Origin: Gammaproteobacteria bacterium
GTDB lineage: Bacteria; Pseudomonadota; Gammaproteobacteria; CAJXQU01
DNA: 64,000 bases
Direction: 5' to 3'
Assembly (NCBI GenBank): GCA_965238175.1
Contig: CBDEGZ010000003.1
Span: 832,001 to 896,000, forward strand
Every line of letters starts with the position of its first letter. The stretch's first letter is position 1. Made by a program: the position numbers and the translations under genes. The notes below the pieces were generated by a model that saw nothing but the letters and a program-made list of their open reading frames with translations, made no database searches and was not told the DNA's origin. Positions 21,766-31,732 of the stretch are shown piece by piece.

Positions 21766-22971
21766 TTAAGTTTGTTTTTGATCGAATTGGTGCGCGATTA
21801 GTTTGATCAATTCACGAGCCAGTTTTTGTTTGGATTTTCGCTCTAACTTTTGATCGCCGCCTTGCCAGAAAACATGGAGAGCATTTTCATCGCTGTGAAA
21901 ACCTAGTTCGGGGTCGTCGACTCGATTTGCAGCGATCATATCCAATGATTTTTTGGTTAATTTAGCTTTTGCATGTTTTGCCAGATTTTCGGTTTCAGCG
22001 GCAAAACCTACTGTGAAAGGAGATTCTGGCAAATTTGCAACATTAGCTAAAATGTCTTTGGTTTTTGTAAATGTCAGGTTCATTTCATTAGCGGACTTTT
22101 TGATCTTCTGTTCTGCGGGCTCAGAATAAGTGTAATCTGCTACCGCAGCTGCACTGATAAAGATCTGACAAGCAACGATATTTTCGATAACGGCTTTGTT
22201 CATATCTGCTGCGGAGGTAACGTCAATTCGCTTAACTGCATCCGGTTTCTGTATATTTACCGGACCGCTGATCAGTGTCACATTTGCACCCGCTTCCATA
22301 GCGGCTTCTGCGATGGCGTAACCCATTTTCCCTGAACTGTGGTTGGTGATGTAACGTACGGGATCCAAAGCTTCTTGGGTAGGACCAGCCGTAATTAATA
22401 TTTTTACCCCCTGTAACTCACCCGATTGAAATAGCTCAGAAACACCTGCAATGATATCTGCCGGTTCCAGCATGCGTCCCGGGCCAACATCACCACAAGC
22501 TTGACCACCTTCACAGGGTCCTAGTTGTACGACACCACGTTTTTGGAGTTGTTTACAATTTGCTTGTGTCGCCTCCGCTTGCCACATTTGTTGATTCATT
22601 GCTGGAACGATAATGATCGGAGAAGCACTAGCCAAACAAATCGTCGTTAATAAATTGTCAGCCATGCCGTTCGTAAACCGGGCAATAAAGTTGGCCGTTG
22701 CGGGTGCGATCAAAATAACATCTGCCCAACGAGCAAGTTCTATATGTCCCATACCCGCTTCGGCTTCGGTATCAAGAAGATCAGTATGGACAGGATTGCC
22801 GGAAACAGCCTGGAATGTCAGTGGCGTAATAAAACCACGTGCACCGTCAGTCATAACTACGCGTACATCGGCACCATGATCACGAAGCCGCCTAACCAGA
22901 TCGGCGCTTTTATATGCAGCAATGCCACCGGTCACGCCGAGTAGGACACGTTTGTTTTGCAAAGTTGACAT
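21766..22971 (-). CDS. coaBC: Bifunctional phosphopantothenoylcysteine decarboxylase/ligase
   Basis: [51 protein letters not shown]. Confidence 0.97.
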   Translation of the reverse strand: MSTLQNKRVLLGVTGGIAAYKSADLVRRLRDHGADVRVVMTDGARGFITPLTFQAVSGNPVHTDLLDTEAEAGMGHIELARWADVILIAPATANFIARFTNGMADNLLTTICLASASPIIIVPAMNQQMWQAEATQANCKQLQKRGVVQLGPCEGGQACGDVGPGRMLEPADIIAGVSELFQSGELQGVKILITAGPTQEALDPVRYITNHSSGKMGYAIAEAAMEAGANVTLISGPVNIQKPDAVKRIDVTSAADMNKAVIENIVACQIFISAAAVADYTYSEPAEQKIKKSANEMNLTFTKTKDILANVANLPESPFTVGFAAETENLAKHAKAKLTKKSLDMIAANRVDDPELGFHSDENALHVFWQGGDQKLERKSKQKLARELIKLIAHQFDQKQT

Positions 22972-23010
22972 CTGGATAGTTTACCGCATCAATAATAAGA
23001 TTATTATATC

Positions 23011-23048
23011 AGGGGCTGTTAATCTCTCATGGGCATTAACAGCCCCTA
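23011..23048. repeat. Minimal termini-only derivative of the MITE-like element
   Basis: aggggctgttaat-ctctcatgggc-attaacagcccct(a): a 13 bp IR whose left half matches the MITE left end taggggttgttgatttttcaagggcatt. Confidence 0.65.
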
Positions 23049-23099
23049 AACACAATGATGGATTAGCGTTAAGCAAAATAACACGGAGGTTACGTTTTC

Positions 23100-23774
23100 A
23101 TGGGTATCAATCACTGGCCGGTTTCTGAACGGCCTCGAGAAAAGTTACTAAGTATGGGTTCCACCGTACTTTCAGATGCAGAATTGCTAGCAATATTTCT
23201 CCGTACCGGTGTTACTGGAAAATCTGCTATTGATTTGGCGCGTGATTTATTAATCGAATTCGGTAGTTTGCGTGCTTTGCTTGAAGCGGATCAAAAAACG
23301 TTCTGTCGTGCTAAAGGATTGGGTGATGCTAAATATAGCCAACTGCAGGCAACATTAGAGCTGTGTCGTCGATATTTAAGATCTTCATTAGACCGGGCTG
23401 AGGCACTTAGCAGCCCAGTTGAAACACGCGCATTTCTTACCGCACAATTACGTCAACATCCTTACGAAGTGTTTGCGGGTCTGTTTTTGGACAGTAAACA
23501 TCGAGTGATCGCCTACGAGGAATTGTTTCGCGGTACGATTGACGGTGCCAGTGTACATCCTCGAGAAGTGGTGAAACGCACCTTATATCATAATGCAGCA
23601 GCGTTGATCTTTGCGCATAATCACCCCTCCGGGAATACTGAACCAAGTCGTGCAGATCAGCAAATAACACAGCACTTGAAAGAGGCTTTGCAGTTGGTTG
23701 ATGTACGGGTACTGGACCATTTTGTTGTTGGAGATGGAGAGGCAGTCTCGCTGGCCGAAAGAGGGATGCTATAA
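23100..23774 (+). CDS. radC: RadC/JAB domain protein
   Basis: [38 protein letters not shown]. Confidence 0.96.
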   Translation: MGINHWPVSERPREKLLSMGSTVLSDAELLAIFLRTGVTGKSAIDLARDLLIEFGSLRALLEADQKTFCRAKGLGDAKYSQLQATLELCRRYLRSSLDRAEALSSPVETRAFLTAQLRQHPYEVFAGLFLDSKHRVIAYEELFRGTIDGASVHPREVVKRTLYHNAAALIFAHNHPSGNTEPSRADQQITQHLKEALQLVDVRVLDHFVVGDGEAVSLAERGML

Positions 23775-23779
23775 TTCGG

Positions 23780-23808
23780 TTGGATCTGAAGAAAAATCCG
23801 TGTAAGAT
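23780..23808 (+). promoter_or_regulatory. Putative sigma70 promoter for rpmB-rpmG
   Basis: TTGGAT-17 nt-TAAGAT followed by a GC-rich discriminator (cgcgtccc). Confidence 0.45.
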
Positions 23809-23847
23809 CGCGTCCCTTTCAGTTTTAAGATTTACGGAGACTCCGAA

Positions 23848-24084
23848 ATGTCGCGAGTATGTCAAGCAACAGGCGTTGGGCCAATGTCAGGCAACAACGT
23901 ATCGCACGCGCACAATAAAACGCGACGCCGTTTTTTGCCTAATTTACACAATCACCGTTTTTGGGTGGAAAGTGAAAAACGCTGGGTTAAACTCAAAGTT
24001 AGCAATAAGGGCTTACGACTCATTGATAAAGTGGGTATTGACAAGGTGTTAACTGATGCTCGTGCACGTGGCGAGAAAGTTTAA
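23848..24084 (+). CDS. rpmB: 50S ribosomal protein L28
   Basis: MSRVCQATG...[19 protein letters not shown]. Confidence 0.97.
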   Translation: MSRVCQATGVGPMSGNNVSHAHNKTRRRFLPNLHNHRFWVESEKRWVKLKVSNKGLRLIDKVGIDKVLTDARARGEKV

Positions 24085-24165
24085 GTTATTTAATAACGTT
24101 TATTTAACCGCACTTAGTCTTAAACTCATAAATAAAGCCAAGATAATTAAGGAAGAAACATTACC

Positions 24166-24321
24166 ATGCAAGAAAAACTAAAACTCGTATCAAGTGCAGG
24201 CACTGGTCACTATTACACGACGACTAAAAACAAACGTAATGTTCCTGATAAAATGGAACTTAAAAAATATGATCCAGTAGTACGCAAGCACGTGATGTAT
24301 AAAGAATCTAAAATCAAATAA
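24166..24321 (+). CDS. rpmG: 50S ribosomal protein L33
   Basis: Below the ORF-track length. Manual translation: [51 protein letters not shown]. Confidence 0.97.
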   Translation: MQEKLKLVSSAGTGHYYTTTKNKRNVPDKMELKKYDPVVRKHVMYKESKIK

Positions 24322-24348
24322 GCTAGCTGCTTTACTACAAAAATTTAA

Positions 24349-24374
24349 AGAACCGCCTTTATGGCGGTTTTTTT
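24349..24374 (+). terminator. Rho-independent terminator after rpmG
   Basis: aaccgcc-tttat-ggcggtt followed by a T tract. Confidence 0.85.
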
Positions 24375-24484
24375 ATGCCCCAATATTTCCTGAATATCTG
24401 CAAAATAGACTTAAACTTACATTTTTAGTCAACTCTTTAGTCATTATCTTTGCAAGTTCACAGATAGTTCCGAATAATACACAC

Positions 24485-25240
24485 ATGGGAGAGGAAAATA
24501 CTATTGAGGCTACAGATCTCACACGATCATTTGGTGCACGTACTGCTGTTGATAACATTAGTTTCTGTGTAAAACGAGGCGAAGTTCTTGGCTTGTTAGG
24601 TGTGAACGGCGCTGGCAAATCGACCACAATGGATATGCTTGCGGGTATCCAGTTGCCAGACAAGGGTGACGTTTTGATCAATAATTTTTCACTTGCTGAT
24701 CAAGCGATGAAAGCCAGAGCTTGTCTGGGATATTTGCCAGAACAACCACCTGTCTATCCAGAAATGACGGTAGATAAATATCTGATCTATTGTGCAAAAC
24801 TACGTCGTGTTGCCAAACAAGAAATATTGTCAGCAGTTGATCAAGCAAAAACTCGCTGTGGTTTAGAGTCCTCTGGCAAAAGGATGATCAAACATCTCTC
24901 AAAAGGCTATCAACAACGCATTGGAATTGCACAAGCGATTGTGCATGCACCTGATGTTGTTATTCTTGATGAGCCGACAGTGGGACTTGATCCTGTCCAG
25001 ATTGTTGAAATTAGAAAATTGATCCGTGAACTTGGAAATGATCATAGTGTGATTTTATCTACGCACATTTTGCCTGAAGTTCTGACCGTTTGTGATCGTG
25101 TAATCATTTTGCGACAAGGCAAGGTTGTTCACGAAGCACCGATCTCTATTTTTAATCAAAAAGAATCTCCAGATAATGAAACTTTAGAACAGGTCTTTAT
25201 TAGACTCACCTGTGGTGACGAAGAGGTTGTTGCTGGATGA
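24485..25240 (+). CDS. ABC transporter ATP-binding protein (GldA-like)
   Basis: GVNGAGKST, LSKGYQQR, ILDEPTVGLDP, STHILPEV. Confidence 0.9.
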   Translation: MGEENTIEATDLTRSFGARTAVDNISFCVKRGEVLGLLGVNGAGKSTTMDMLAGIQLPDKGDVLINNFSLADQAMKARACLGYLPEQPPVYPEMTVDKYLIYCAKLRRVAKQEILSAVDQAKTRCGLESSGKRMIKHLSKGYQQRIGIAQAIVHAPDVVILDEPTVGLDPVQIVEIRKLIRELGNDHSVILSTHILPEVLTVCDRVIILRQGKVVHEAPISIFNQKESPDNETLEQVFIRLTCGDEEVVAG

Positions 25241-25974
25241 TCAAAACGATTGCTGCGCGAGAATTCAAAAGTTTATTCATGTCACCATTAGCATGGATCG
25301 TACTGGCGATTCTGCAATTCTTATTTGCCTATTTGTTCTTTAGTCGAATTGAATTATTTATGCAATATTTACCACGTCTACGAAATCTGGATGCTGCTCC
25401 AGGAATGACCGATATCATTGCTGCTGGGCTATTCTCATTTGCCGCGTTAGTTTTTTTGATCGTCATACCAATCTTTAGTTCACGAAGTTTTGCCGAGGAG
25501 CGTAGTTCTGGAACGCTAAAATTGATCTTATCTTCGCCGGTTTCTTTGTTAGAAATTGTACTGGGAAAATTCTTCGGACTTTTTAGTTTTTTTCTGATCA
25601 TTATTTCATTAATAGCCATAATGTCTTTTTCCCTATTCCTTGGAGGCCCAGCAGACATTGGGCAAATACTTGTCGGTTTGTTTGGCCTGATTTTACTGAC
25701 GATGACTTGTCTTTCAGTTGGCCTCTTTATGTCCGCACTAACATCACAGTCAACTGTCGCCGCGGTAAGTACTTTCGCATTTTTATTTTTCCTGTGGATT
25801 ATAAAGTGGGATGAGAAAAATGGTGGTATTTATACAACGTATCTATCTTTACAAGAGCATTTTAATTCGATGATGTCTGGTTTTCTCGCCAGTGTTGATG
25901 TGATTTATTTTGTTTTATTAACAGTGTTTTTCCTTGGTCTGACTTTCGTAAGATTAGATATGGAACGTAGTTAA
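25237..25974 (+). CDS. ABC-2 permease (GldF-like)
   Basis: IAAREFKSLFMSPLAW, FAEERSSGT, IVLGKF; about 6 TM segments. Confidence 0.85.
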   Translation: MIKTIAAREFKSLFMSPLAWIVLAILQFLFAYLFFSRIELFMQYLPRLRNLDAAPGMTDIIAAGLFSFAALVFLIVIPIFSSRSFAEERSSGTLKLILSSPVSLLEIVLGKFFGLFSFFLIIISLIAIMSFSLFLGGPADIGQILVGLFGLILLTMTCLSVGLFMSALTSQSTVAAVSTFAFLFFLWIIKWDEKNGGIYTTYLSLQEHFNSMMSGFLASVDVIYFVLLTVFFLGLTFVRLDMERS

Positions 25975-27305
25975 TGAAAATAGATCGAAAAATCAATTCT
26001 CTCATCTTTCCAATCTTATTATTTGTTTGTATCTCATTGTTAGCCTGGATCAGTACACGAAATATTTTGGTCAAAGATTTTACCAGTAATAATAGATTGT
26101 CCCTGACCCAAGCAAGTATTTCTGTTTTAGAGAAAATGTCAGATCCGGTCGAGATTGATGTCTTTGTAAATCGATCGGATCAGCTTGGAAAGCAAGTTGA
26201 TCAATTAATGTCTCGCTATCAAAATATCAAAGAAGATATAAAGATTAATTATATTAGTCCAGAAGAAAACCCTGACAGGGTACGCGAAAATAATATCCGC
26301 TTCCCAGCAGAGATGCTTATTAAATATCAGGGTAAAACAGAACATTTAGCAAGACCTTCTGAACAATCGATCACAAATACGTTGGCAAAATTAATGCGAG
26401 GAAAAGATCGCTGGATCGTTTTCTTAACTGGGCACGGTGAACGTGATCCAATGGGTAACGCAAACTTTGATTTGAGTAATTTCAGAACTCAATTGGAAAA
26501 GCGTGGATTAAAATTTCAGTCTTTGAATCTTACCGAAACGAATGTTATTCCGGATAATACCGCTATTCTAATTCTGGCTGATCCAAAGGTGGATTTATTG
26601 TCGGAAGAATTTAGTCTTATAGAAAAATATATTCGCAAAGGCAATAATTTTCTGTGGATGACAGAACCTGGTCAAAGGCAAAAGAATACGCAATTGAAAG
26701 AACTGTTTGGTTTTAGTCATTTACCTGGCATTATTGTTGATGCGGTTGGACAAACTTTAAATATCACACAACCTGATTTGATCCCGATTATTAAATATTC
26801 AGATCATGAAATTACAGAAAAATTTAAATTGACCACTCTTTTTCCACAAGCGCTAGCTTTGGAGATAAATGAAACGAGTCAGTGGGACAGTTTTCCAATT
26901 ATTTTTTCCAGTGAAAATTCCTGGAATGAAACATCAAACATTGCAGATCAAATTGATTACAATGAAGGCTTGGAAAAAAAAGGACCATTAACGATTTTGA
27001 TGGCACTGACCTCCCAGAAAAATGATAGTAGAAAAGTTCAGCGAATTTTGATTTCTGGGGATAGTGATTTTATCTCTAACAGCTATCTAGCAAATGGAGG
27101 AAACCTCGATCTAGGTATGCGGATGATCAATTGGTTAACGGGTGATGATGAGTTGATTACCATTCCTGCGCGTCCTGCGACTGATCTCGATTTTGAACTA
27201 TCAAAAGCAATGTCATCGATCATAGGACTTGGTTTTCTAATTATTCTGCCCTTGTTGTTTGCCACTACAGGTTTAATAACTTGGTGGTGTAGAAGGTCAT
27301 TATAA
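25974..27305 (+). CDS. GldG-like ABC auxiliary periplasmic component
   Basis: N-terminal TM, DFTSNNRLSL, FLTGHGE, GDSDFISN, NWL, C-terminal TM followed by WWCRR. Confidence 0.8.
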   Translation: MKIDRKINSLIFPILLFVCISLLAWISTRNILVKDFTSNNRLSLTQASISVLEKMSDPVEIDVFVNRSDQLGKQVDQLMSRYQNIKEDIKINYISPEENPDRVRENNIRFPAEMLIKYQGKTEHLARPSEQSITNTLAKLMRGKDRWIVFLTGHGERDPMGNANFDLSNFRTQLEKRGLKFQSLNLTETNVIPDNTAILILADPKVDLLSEEFSLIEKYIRKGNNFLWMTEPGQRQKNTQLKELFGFSHLPGIIVDAVGQTLNITQPDLIPIIKYSDHEITEKFKLTTLFPQALALEINETSQWDSFPIIFSSENSWNETSNIADQIDYNEGLEKKGPLTILMALTSQKNDSRKVQRILISGDSDFISNSYLANGGNLDLGMRMINWLTGDDELITIPARPATDLDFELSKAMSSIIGLGFLIILPLLFATTGLITWWCRRSL

Positions 27306-27797
27306 ATGTCAAAAAGAACCATTGTAAATCTTTGCCTTATCGGCTTAGTCATTTTTTTAACGATGTATATCAACAAAAATCCGGTTCGAGTCGTTAATGT
27401 GATAGACATTAGTACGCTTACCCCAGAAGAGGTTGATACGATAGTTATTCAAAGACAAGATGAATCGCAAATTATTTTAGAAAAAACAGATCAAAATTGG
27501 TTGGTGAGTTCTCCACTAGAAGGCAAGGCAGATCGAGATAAATTATCATTGTTGCTACGTTTATTAAGTTTGAAAAGTCAGCATCAACATAAGATTACCG
27601 AACAAAAACAACTCAATCGTTATGAACTGCTAAATCCAAAAGTGTCACTTTTTTTGAATGATCAGCAATTTGATTTTGGAAACACAAATGATTTTAATCA
27701 ACTGCGATATGTACTCCATGATGGCACTGTGCACTCTGTAAAAGACATTACACACCATTTACTTATTTCTGATGTGGATACATTTCTAAGTGAATAA
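27306..27797 (+). CDS. DUF4340-like membrane-anchored protein
   Basis: N-terminal TM helix; typical position after GldG-like genes; YELLNP and FGNTN motifs. Confidence 0.6.
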   Translation: MSKRTIVNLCLIGLVIFLTMYINKNPVRVVNVIDISTLTPEEVDTIVIQRQDESQIILEKTDQNWLVSSPLEGKADRDKLSLLLRLLSLKSQHQHKITEQKQLNRYELLNPKVSLFLNDQQFDFGNTNDFNQLRYVLHDGTVHSVKDITHHLLISDVDTFLSE

Positions 27798-27800
27798 ATA

Positions 27801-28616
27801 ATGCCAGAATTACCTGAAGTCGAAACGACGCGACGCGGAATTGAACCGCATATTCAAGATCAATTAATTATCGAAATTATTGTCCGTGATAGCCGCCTAC
27901 GATGGCCAGTCCCTGAGAGTTTAAAGAAAGAAGCGGTTAATCAAAAAATACTTTCTGTTAAACGCCGTGGAAAATATATTTTGATCAAAACCAAATCAGG
28001 AACGATTATTTTACATCTTGGAATGTCTGGAAATTTACGCATTCTTGAGGCTAATAGCGAAGTTAAAAAGCATGATCATATCGACCTAATTTTGAGTAAT
28101 GGCAAATGTTTACGCTTTCATGATCCAAGACGTTTTGGCGCATGCTTGTGGACAAATGATGATCCGCTCGATCATAAATTAATAAAAAATTTAGGCCCTG
28201 AGCCTTGGGATCCTGAGTTTAATGCTGAACGTTTATTTAAACGATCCCGAAATCGAAAAGTTATGATCAAAAATTTTATTATGGATAGTAAAGTTGTTGT
28301 CGGTGTTGGTAATATCTATGCGAGTGAAGCACTTTTTCAAAGTGGTATAAAACCTAACATTGCCGCAGGTAAAGTTTCAAAAAAACGTTATGAGAAGTTG
28401 ATCGAAGTAGTGCAAATTATTCTTAAAAAGTCGATTGAACAAGGTGGAACAACATTAAAAGATTTTCTCGATAGCTCAGGTCAACCGGGATATTTTCAAC
28501 AAGAACTACTCGTCTATGGACGTTTTGCTGAGCCTTGTTCAACATGTCAAAGCCCCATTGCGAAAAAAACTATTGGTCAACGATCAAGTTTTTTTTGTCC
28601 GAAGTGTCAAACATGA
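27801..28616 (+). CDS. mutM: Formamidopyrimidine-DNA glycosylase
   Basis: MPELPEVET, HLGMSG, DPRRFG, GVGNIYASE, C-terminal zinc finger. Confidence 0.98.
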   Translation: MPELPEVETTRRGIEPHIQDQLIIEIIVRDSRLRWPVPESLKKEAVNQKILSVKRRGKYILIKTKSGTIILHLGMSGNLRILEANSEVKKHDHIDLILSNGKCLRFHDPRRFGACLWTNDDPLDHKLIKNLGPEPWDPEFNAERLFKRSRNRKVMIKNFIMDSKVVVGVGNIYASEALFQSGIKPNIAAGKVSKKRYEKLIEVVQIILKKSIEQGGTTLKDFLDSSGQPGYFQQELLVYGRFAEPCSTCQSPIAKKTIGQRSSFFCPKCQT

Positions 28617-28652
28617 TCAGTATTTTATAATCGGGTGAGATGCCATTAATAC

Positions 28653-28795
28653 CTTGAGTATTATGAGAGATAGGTGGCACGGGTATATGGATGAAAGTGG
28701 GTTTGCCTTGATATACCAAGGAACGATGGCTATTCGATCTCGGGAACCCGATGTTTCGATAAGCAAAAGGACGCCTTAATGCTATTGGGGCAATA
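28653..28795 (+). pseudogene. IS630-family transposase fragment
   Basis: Across two frameshifts it reads YMDESGFA / DIPRNDGYSISGTRCFDKQ / GRLNAIGAI, matching the first-Asp region of IS630 DDE transposases. Confidence 0.7.
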
Positions 28796-28822
28796 CGGGG
28801 TATAGATATTCATGGTTGTACT

Positions 28823-29050
28823 TTAGAATATCCTCTTAATCGTGTCTCTAATGAAAAAAACGGTTTTTTTTAAGATTTCATTGTCCTGTTTCGCACGCCA
28901 AAGTTGTTTTTCTAATGCTTGGATCTTTTGTTGTTCTGCTGTATGTGTTTTTTGTCTTGGGATGTTTGTTCCTTTATTTCAGTAAGGTATTGTCTTTTCC
29001 ACTGAGATACGGCGGTTGGAGCCTGCGCCAGATATTTCCCTGTTTTGCCG
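28823..29050 (-). pseudogene. IS3-family OrfA transposase fragment
   Basis: TAVSQWKRQYLTE, a frameshift, then TAEQQKIQALEKQLWRAKQDNEILKKTVFF. Includes the A-run (TTAAAAAAAA) where IS3 OrfA/OrfB frameshifting normally occurs. Confidence 0.7.
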
Positions 29051-29083
29051 ACGGATATAGCTCTCGCTATTAGACCATTACAG

Positions 29084-29776
29084 TTAATCGAAGGGTAGAT
29101 CAACGGCATAACAAAGATAGCGTATAAAAGGGCTACCGATTGAAAGTACATTGATTGTGTTTTCGAGTAATTCTTTTGACGTCATTTCTGATTTCTTCAT
29201 ATCGTGAATTGCGGTAAAACTTTTTCGTTTTAGATCTTCAATCAGAGGATGATCTTTATCGAAACCACGTGGTGGGTTTTTAAGTGTATCAATGCTAGGC
29301 CTGAAATGTGTAGAAAATTCTGGATCATTCTTTGCTGCTAACCAGGCACGCGGATTTTCATCAATACACTCACGAATTTTTCTTAATGTAGGACTTTCTG
29401 GTCGCCATATTCCAAGCCCTGTGAAGCATTGTTCATTGGAGAGGTGAACAAAGTAGCAAGGCGCGTGGACATCTTTAGCAGCTTGATGTCGAATGGTGAT
29501 CCCGATATTAATTTTGTAGGGTGTTTTGTCTTTGGAGAAACGTGCGTCTCGATAAATACGCATTAATGATCCACCGACTTTCTTGGGAATTGCGCGAAAG
29601 CGCGGTGATAAAGAAGGTAAAGCTTCGCCCATGTCTTCAATAAATTGTAAAGAAGGTGAACGAACCACATCTTCGTAACGCTGTTTATTTTCGTTGAACC
29701 AGTCGCGATTATTATTATTTTCAAGTTCCTTTAGAAACTGAAAAGTTTTATTAGTGAAGTAGGCCTTGCTGCTCAT
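29084..29776 (-). CDS. DUF2461 (TIGR02453) family protein
   Basis: FLKELENNNNRDWFNENK, RIYRDARFSKDKTPYK, GFDKDHP, DLKRKSF. Confidence 0.9.
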   Translation of the reverse strand: MSSKAYFTNKTFQFLKELENNNNRDWFNENKQRYEDVVRSPSLQFIEDMGEALPSLSPRFRAIPKKVGGSLMRIYRDARFSKDKTPYKINIGITIRHQAAKDVHAPCYFVHLSNEQCFTGLGIWRPESPTLRKIRECIDENPRAWLAAKNDPEFSTHFRPSIDTLKNPPRGFDKDHPLIEDLKRKSFTAIHDMKKSEMTSKELLENTINVLSIGSPFIRYLCYAVDLPFD

Positions 29777-29829
29777 TTTTGATCAAATAACATTGAGGAA
29801 TGTCTATATCTTAAGAATGGTTAACAAAT

Positions 29830-29863
29830 AAAAAAAGGGTATAAGACTAACCTTATACCCTTT
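29830..29863 (-). terminator. Rho-independent terminator after the cytochrome c gene
   Basis: aaagggtataag...cttatacccttt stem; the upstream A tract becomes the U tract on the minus strand. Confidence 0.8.
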
Positions 29864-29918
29864 GATGATGTTAATTTGAGAATAACGTTTGTTTATTTAT
29901 AAGCTTCATCCATATAGC

Positions 29919-30674
29919 TTATTTACTGCCAGTAACCATATGATCAACAGCGGCTTTCACTTCATCATCAGTCAGTTTTGCGTTGCCGCCTTTTGGTGGC
30001 ATCATGCCCTTACCCATAAATCCGTTGATAGCGTGTTCATAAAGCATGTCATTGCCCTGAGCGATTCGAGCTGTCCAACCTTCTGCATCGCCGTATTTAG
30101 GCGCACCTGCAACACCTGTTGTATGACAAAGTGCGCAGCTCGCTTCATAAACTGCTTTTCCATCAACACCGCCACTTGCTGCCATTTCTGCTGGTTCAGC
30201 TGTCGCTGCCATCGCAACCGTTCCGCCTACTGCAGTGATCATATAATCAACCGCGGCTTTGACATCATCATCAGAGAGATCAGCACGACCACCTTTTGCT
30301 GGCATCATTGAGCCAGATGCACCGGTATAACCATTAATAGCGTTTGAATATAACTTATCATTGCCTTGTGCGAGGCGATCTGCCCATGTTGCTTTGTCAC
30401 CTTGTTTAGGTGCGCCAGCCAACCCTTGGGCGTGACAAGCAAAACAAACACCGTCGTAAATCTCTTGTCCTTTTCCGCCTGAAGATGAAGAGGCCGGGGC
30501 TTCTGTACCGCCACTTTCACTGGCGACATTGACTTCACCAACGGGTGCTGTGTTTTCTTTTACCGCTTCTTCTGAAATTTCTTCACCTTTATCAGATGAA
30601 CATGCACCGATTAAGAATGTGGAAAAAAGAAATACTGCAAATGCTGTAGGCTTGCAAACTTTTCGAATAGTCAT
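29919..30674 (-). CDS. Di-heme cytochrome c5-type lipoprotein
   Basis: Lipobox-like FLIGAC; two domains with CFACH and CALCH, each followed by GAPK.GD...W..R and MP.KGG. Confidence 0.9.
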   Translation of the reverse strand: MTIRKVCKPTAFAVFLFSTFLIGACSSDKGEEISEEAVKENTAPVGEVNVASESGGTEAPASSSSGGKGQEIYDGVCFACHAQGLAGAPKQGDKATWADRLAQGNDKLYSNAINGYTGASGSMMPAKGGRADLSDDDVKAAVDYMITAVGGTVAMAATAEPAEMAASGGVDGKAVYEASCALCHTTGVAGAPKYGDAEGWTARIAQGNDMLYEHAINGFMGKGMMPPKGGNAKLTDDEVKAAVDHMVTGSK

Positions 30675-30878
30675 AAAAGGCTCTCTTGTTAAATATTGGT
30701 TTAAAAATGTTGTTTTTTTATAGTCGTTATTTGTGTGAGTATACAGTTTGAAAAGCGTTTAAGAAACTAAATTAAGGATCAAATCTAGTTGGAATACAGA
30801 CGTTTCTGTAGCTACATCATGGAATGTAGCCTCTAAACATGTTGGATCAAATAGATACAAATAAAGTCTTAACTTAAT

Positions 30879-31511
30879 TTATAGCACGCCAGGAAATAGA
30901 CCCTTAATACCATTAGCAATAAATTCCACTGCAATAGCCGTTAGAATCAGTCCCATAACGCGGGTAAAAATATTGATCCCGGTGTTTTGTAATCGGCCTG
31001 TTATCCAAGGCATTAATAATAGAGCGATCCACAAGACCATACATAGAATCACAATATCCGCGGCGACGAGCATATAATGACCAACATCTGATCCTTGATG
31101 GGCAAAAAGAATCACCGTGCTGATCCCCCCCGGGCCAGCAAGCACTGGCATAGCAAGAGGGACAACCGCAACTGATTCTTTTGAAGCGCCCTCGAGAATT
31201 TCTTCATCTGTTTGAGCCGTTCCACTGGGGCGTGCATGCAACATGGAAATCGCCATTAATAACAACAAAATCCCACCAGCGACTCGAAAGGAATCGATCG
31301 AAATTCCAAAAAAACTCAGTAGTAGCTCTCCAATAAACAACGACACCAATAATATGATGCAAACCGAAACAGCAACCATCTTCGCGATGCGTTTTCGCTC
31401 CGCGTTCGTTTCATGAAGTGTCAAGGTAAGAAACACAGGAATGGCGCCAAGTGGATTGACGATGGCGATTAAACTGATCAGCATTTTCAGATATTCAGTG
31501 TGCTCAAGCAT
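30879..31511 (-). CDS. MarC/NAAT family membrane protein
   Basis: AIVNPLGAIPVF, FRVAGGILL, VVPLAMPVLAGPG, TRVMGLIL. Confidence 0.92.
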   Translation of the reverse strand: MLEHTEYLKMLISLIAIVNPLGAIPVFLTLTLHETNAERKRIAKMVAVSVCIILLVSLFIGELLLSFFGISIDSFRVAGGILLLLMAISMLHARPSGTAQTDEEILEGASKESVAVVPLAMPVLAGPGGISTVILFAHQGSDVGHYMLVAADIVILCMVLWIALLLMPWITGRLQNTGINIFTRVMGLILTAIAVEFIANGIKGLFPGVL

Positions 31512-31732
31512 GATCCAGATCTCAGTTGGGCTTAATACCATTGTAGCTGATTAGAAAATATTAGTGATTTACTGGAGAAAAATATTCGTAATACTTTGCT
31601 TAAATAACTTAACTTTTTTTTAGTTACCTCTTCATAGAGTAATTAAAAGTTTTGTTTCTAAGTTATTCAAGCAGAGTTTCTTTCCGGTAGAGTGATGCTA
31701 AAATCATGACAAACAAAATAAAATATACGGAT

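Noticed and set aside
28912-29151. 79 aa ORF as a functional gene
   Set aside because: It overlaps the DUF2461 3' end and runs into the frameshifted IS3 relic; it is a chimeric reading frame.
30811-30830. Short palindrome gctacat-catgga-atgtagc between the cytochrome c gene and marC
   Set aside because: A 7 bp stem without a U tract or a second copy cannot be distinguished from chance.
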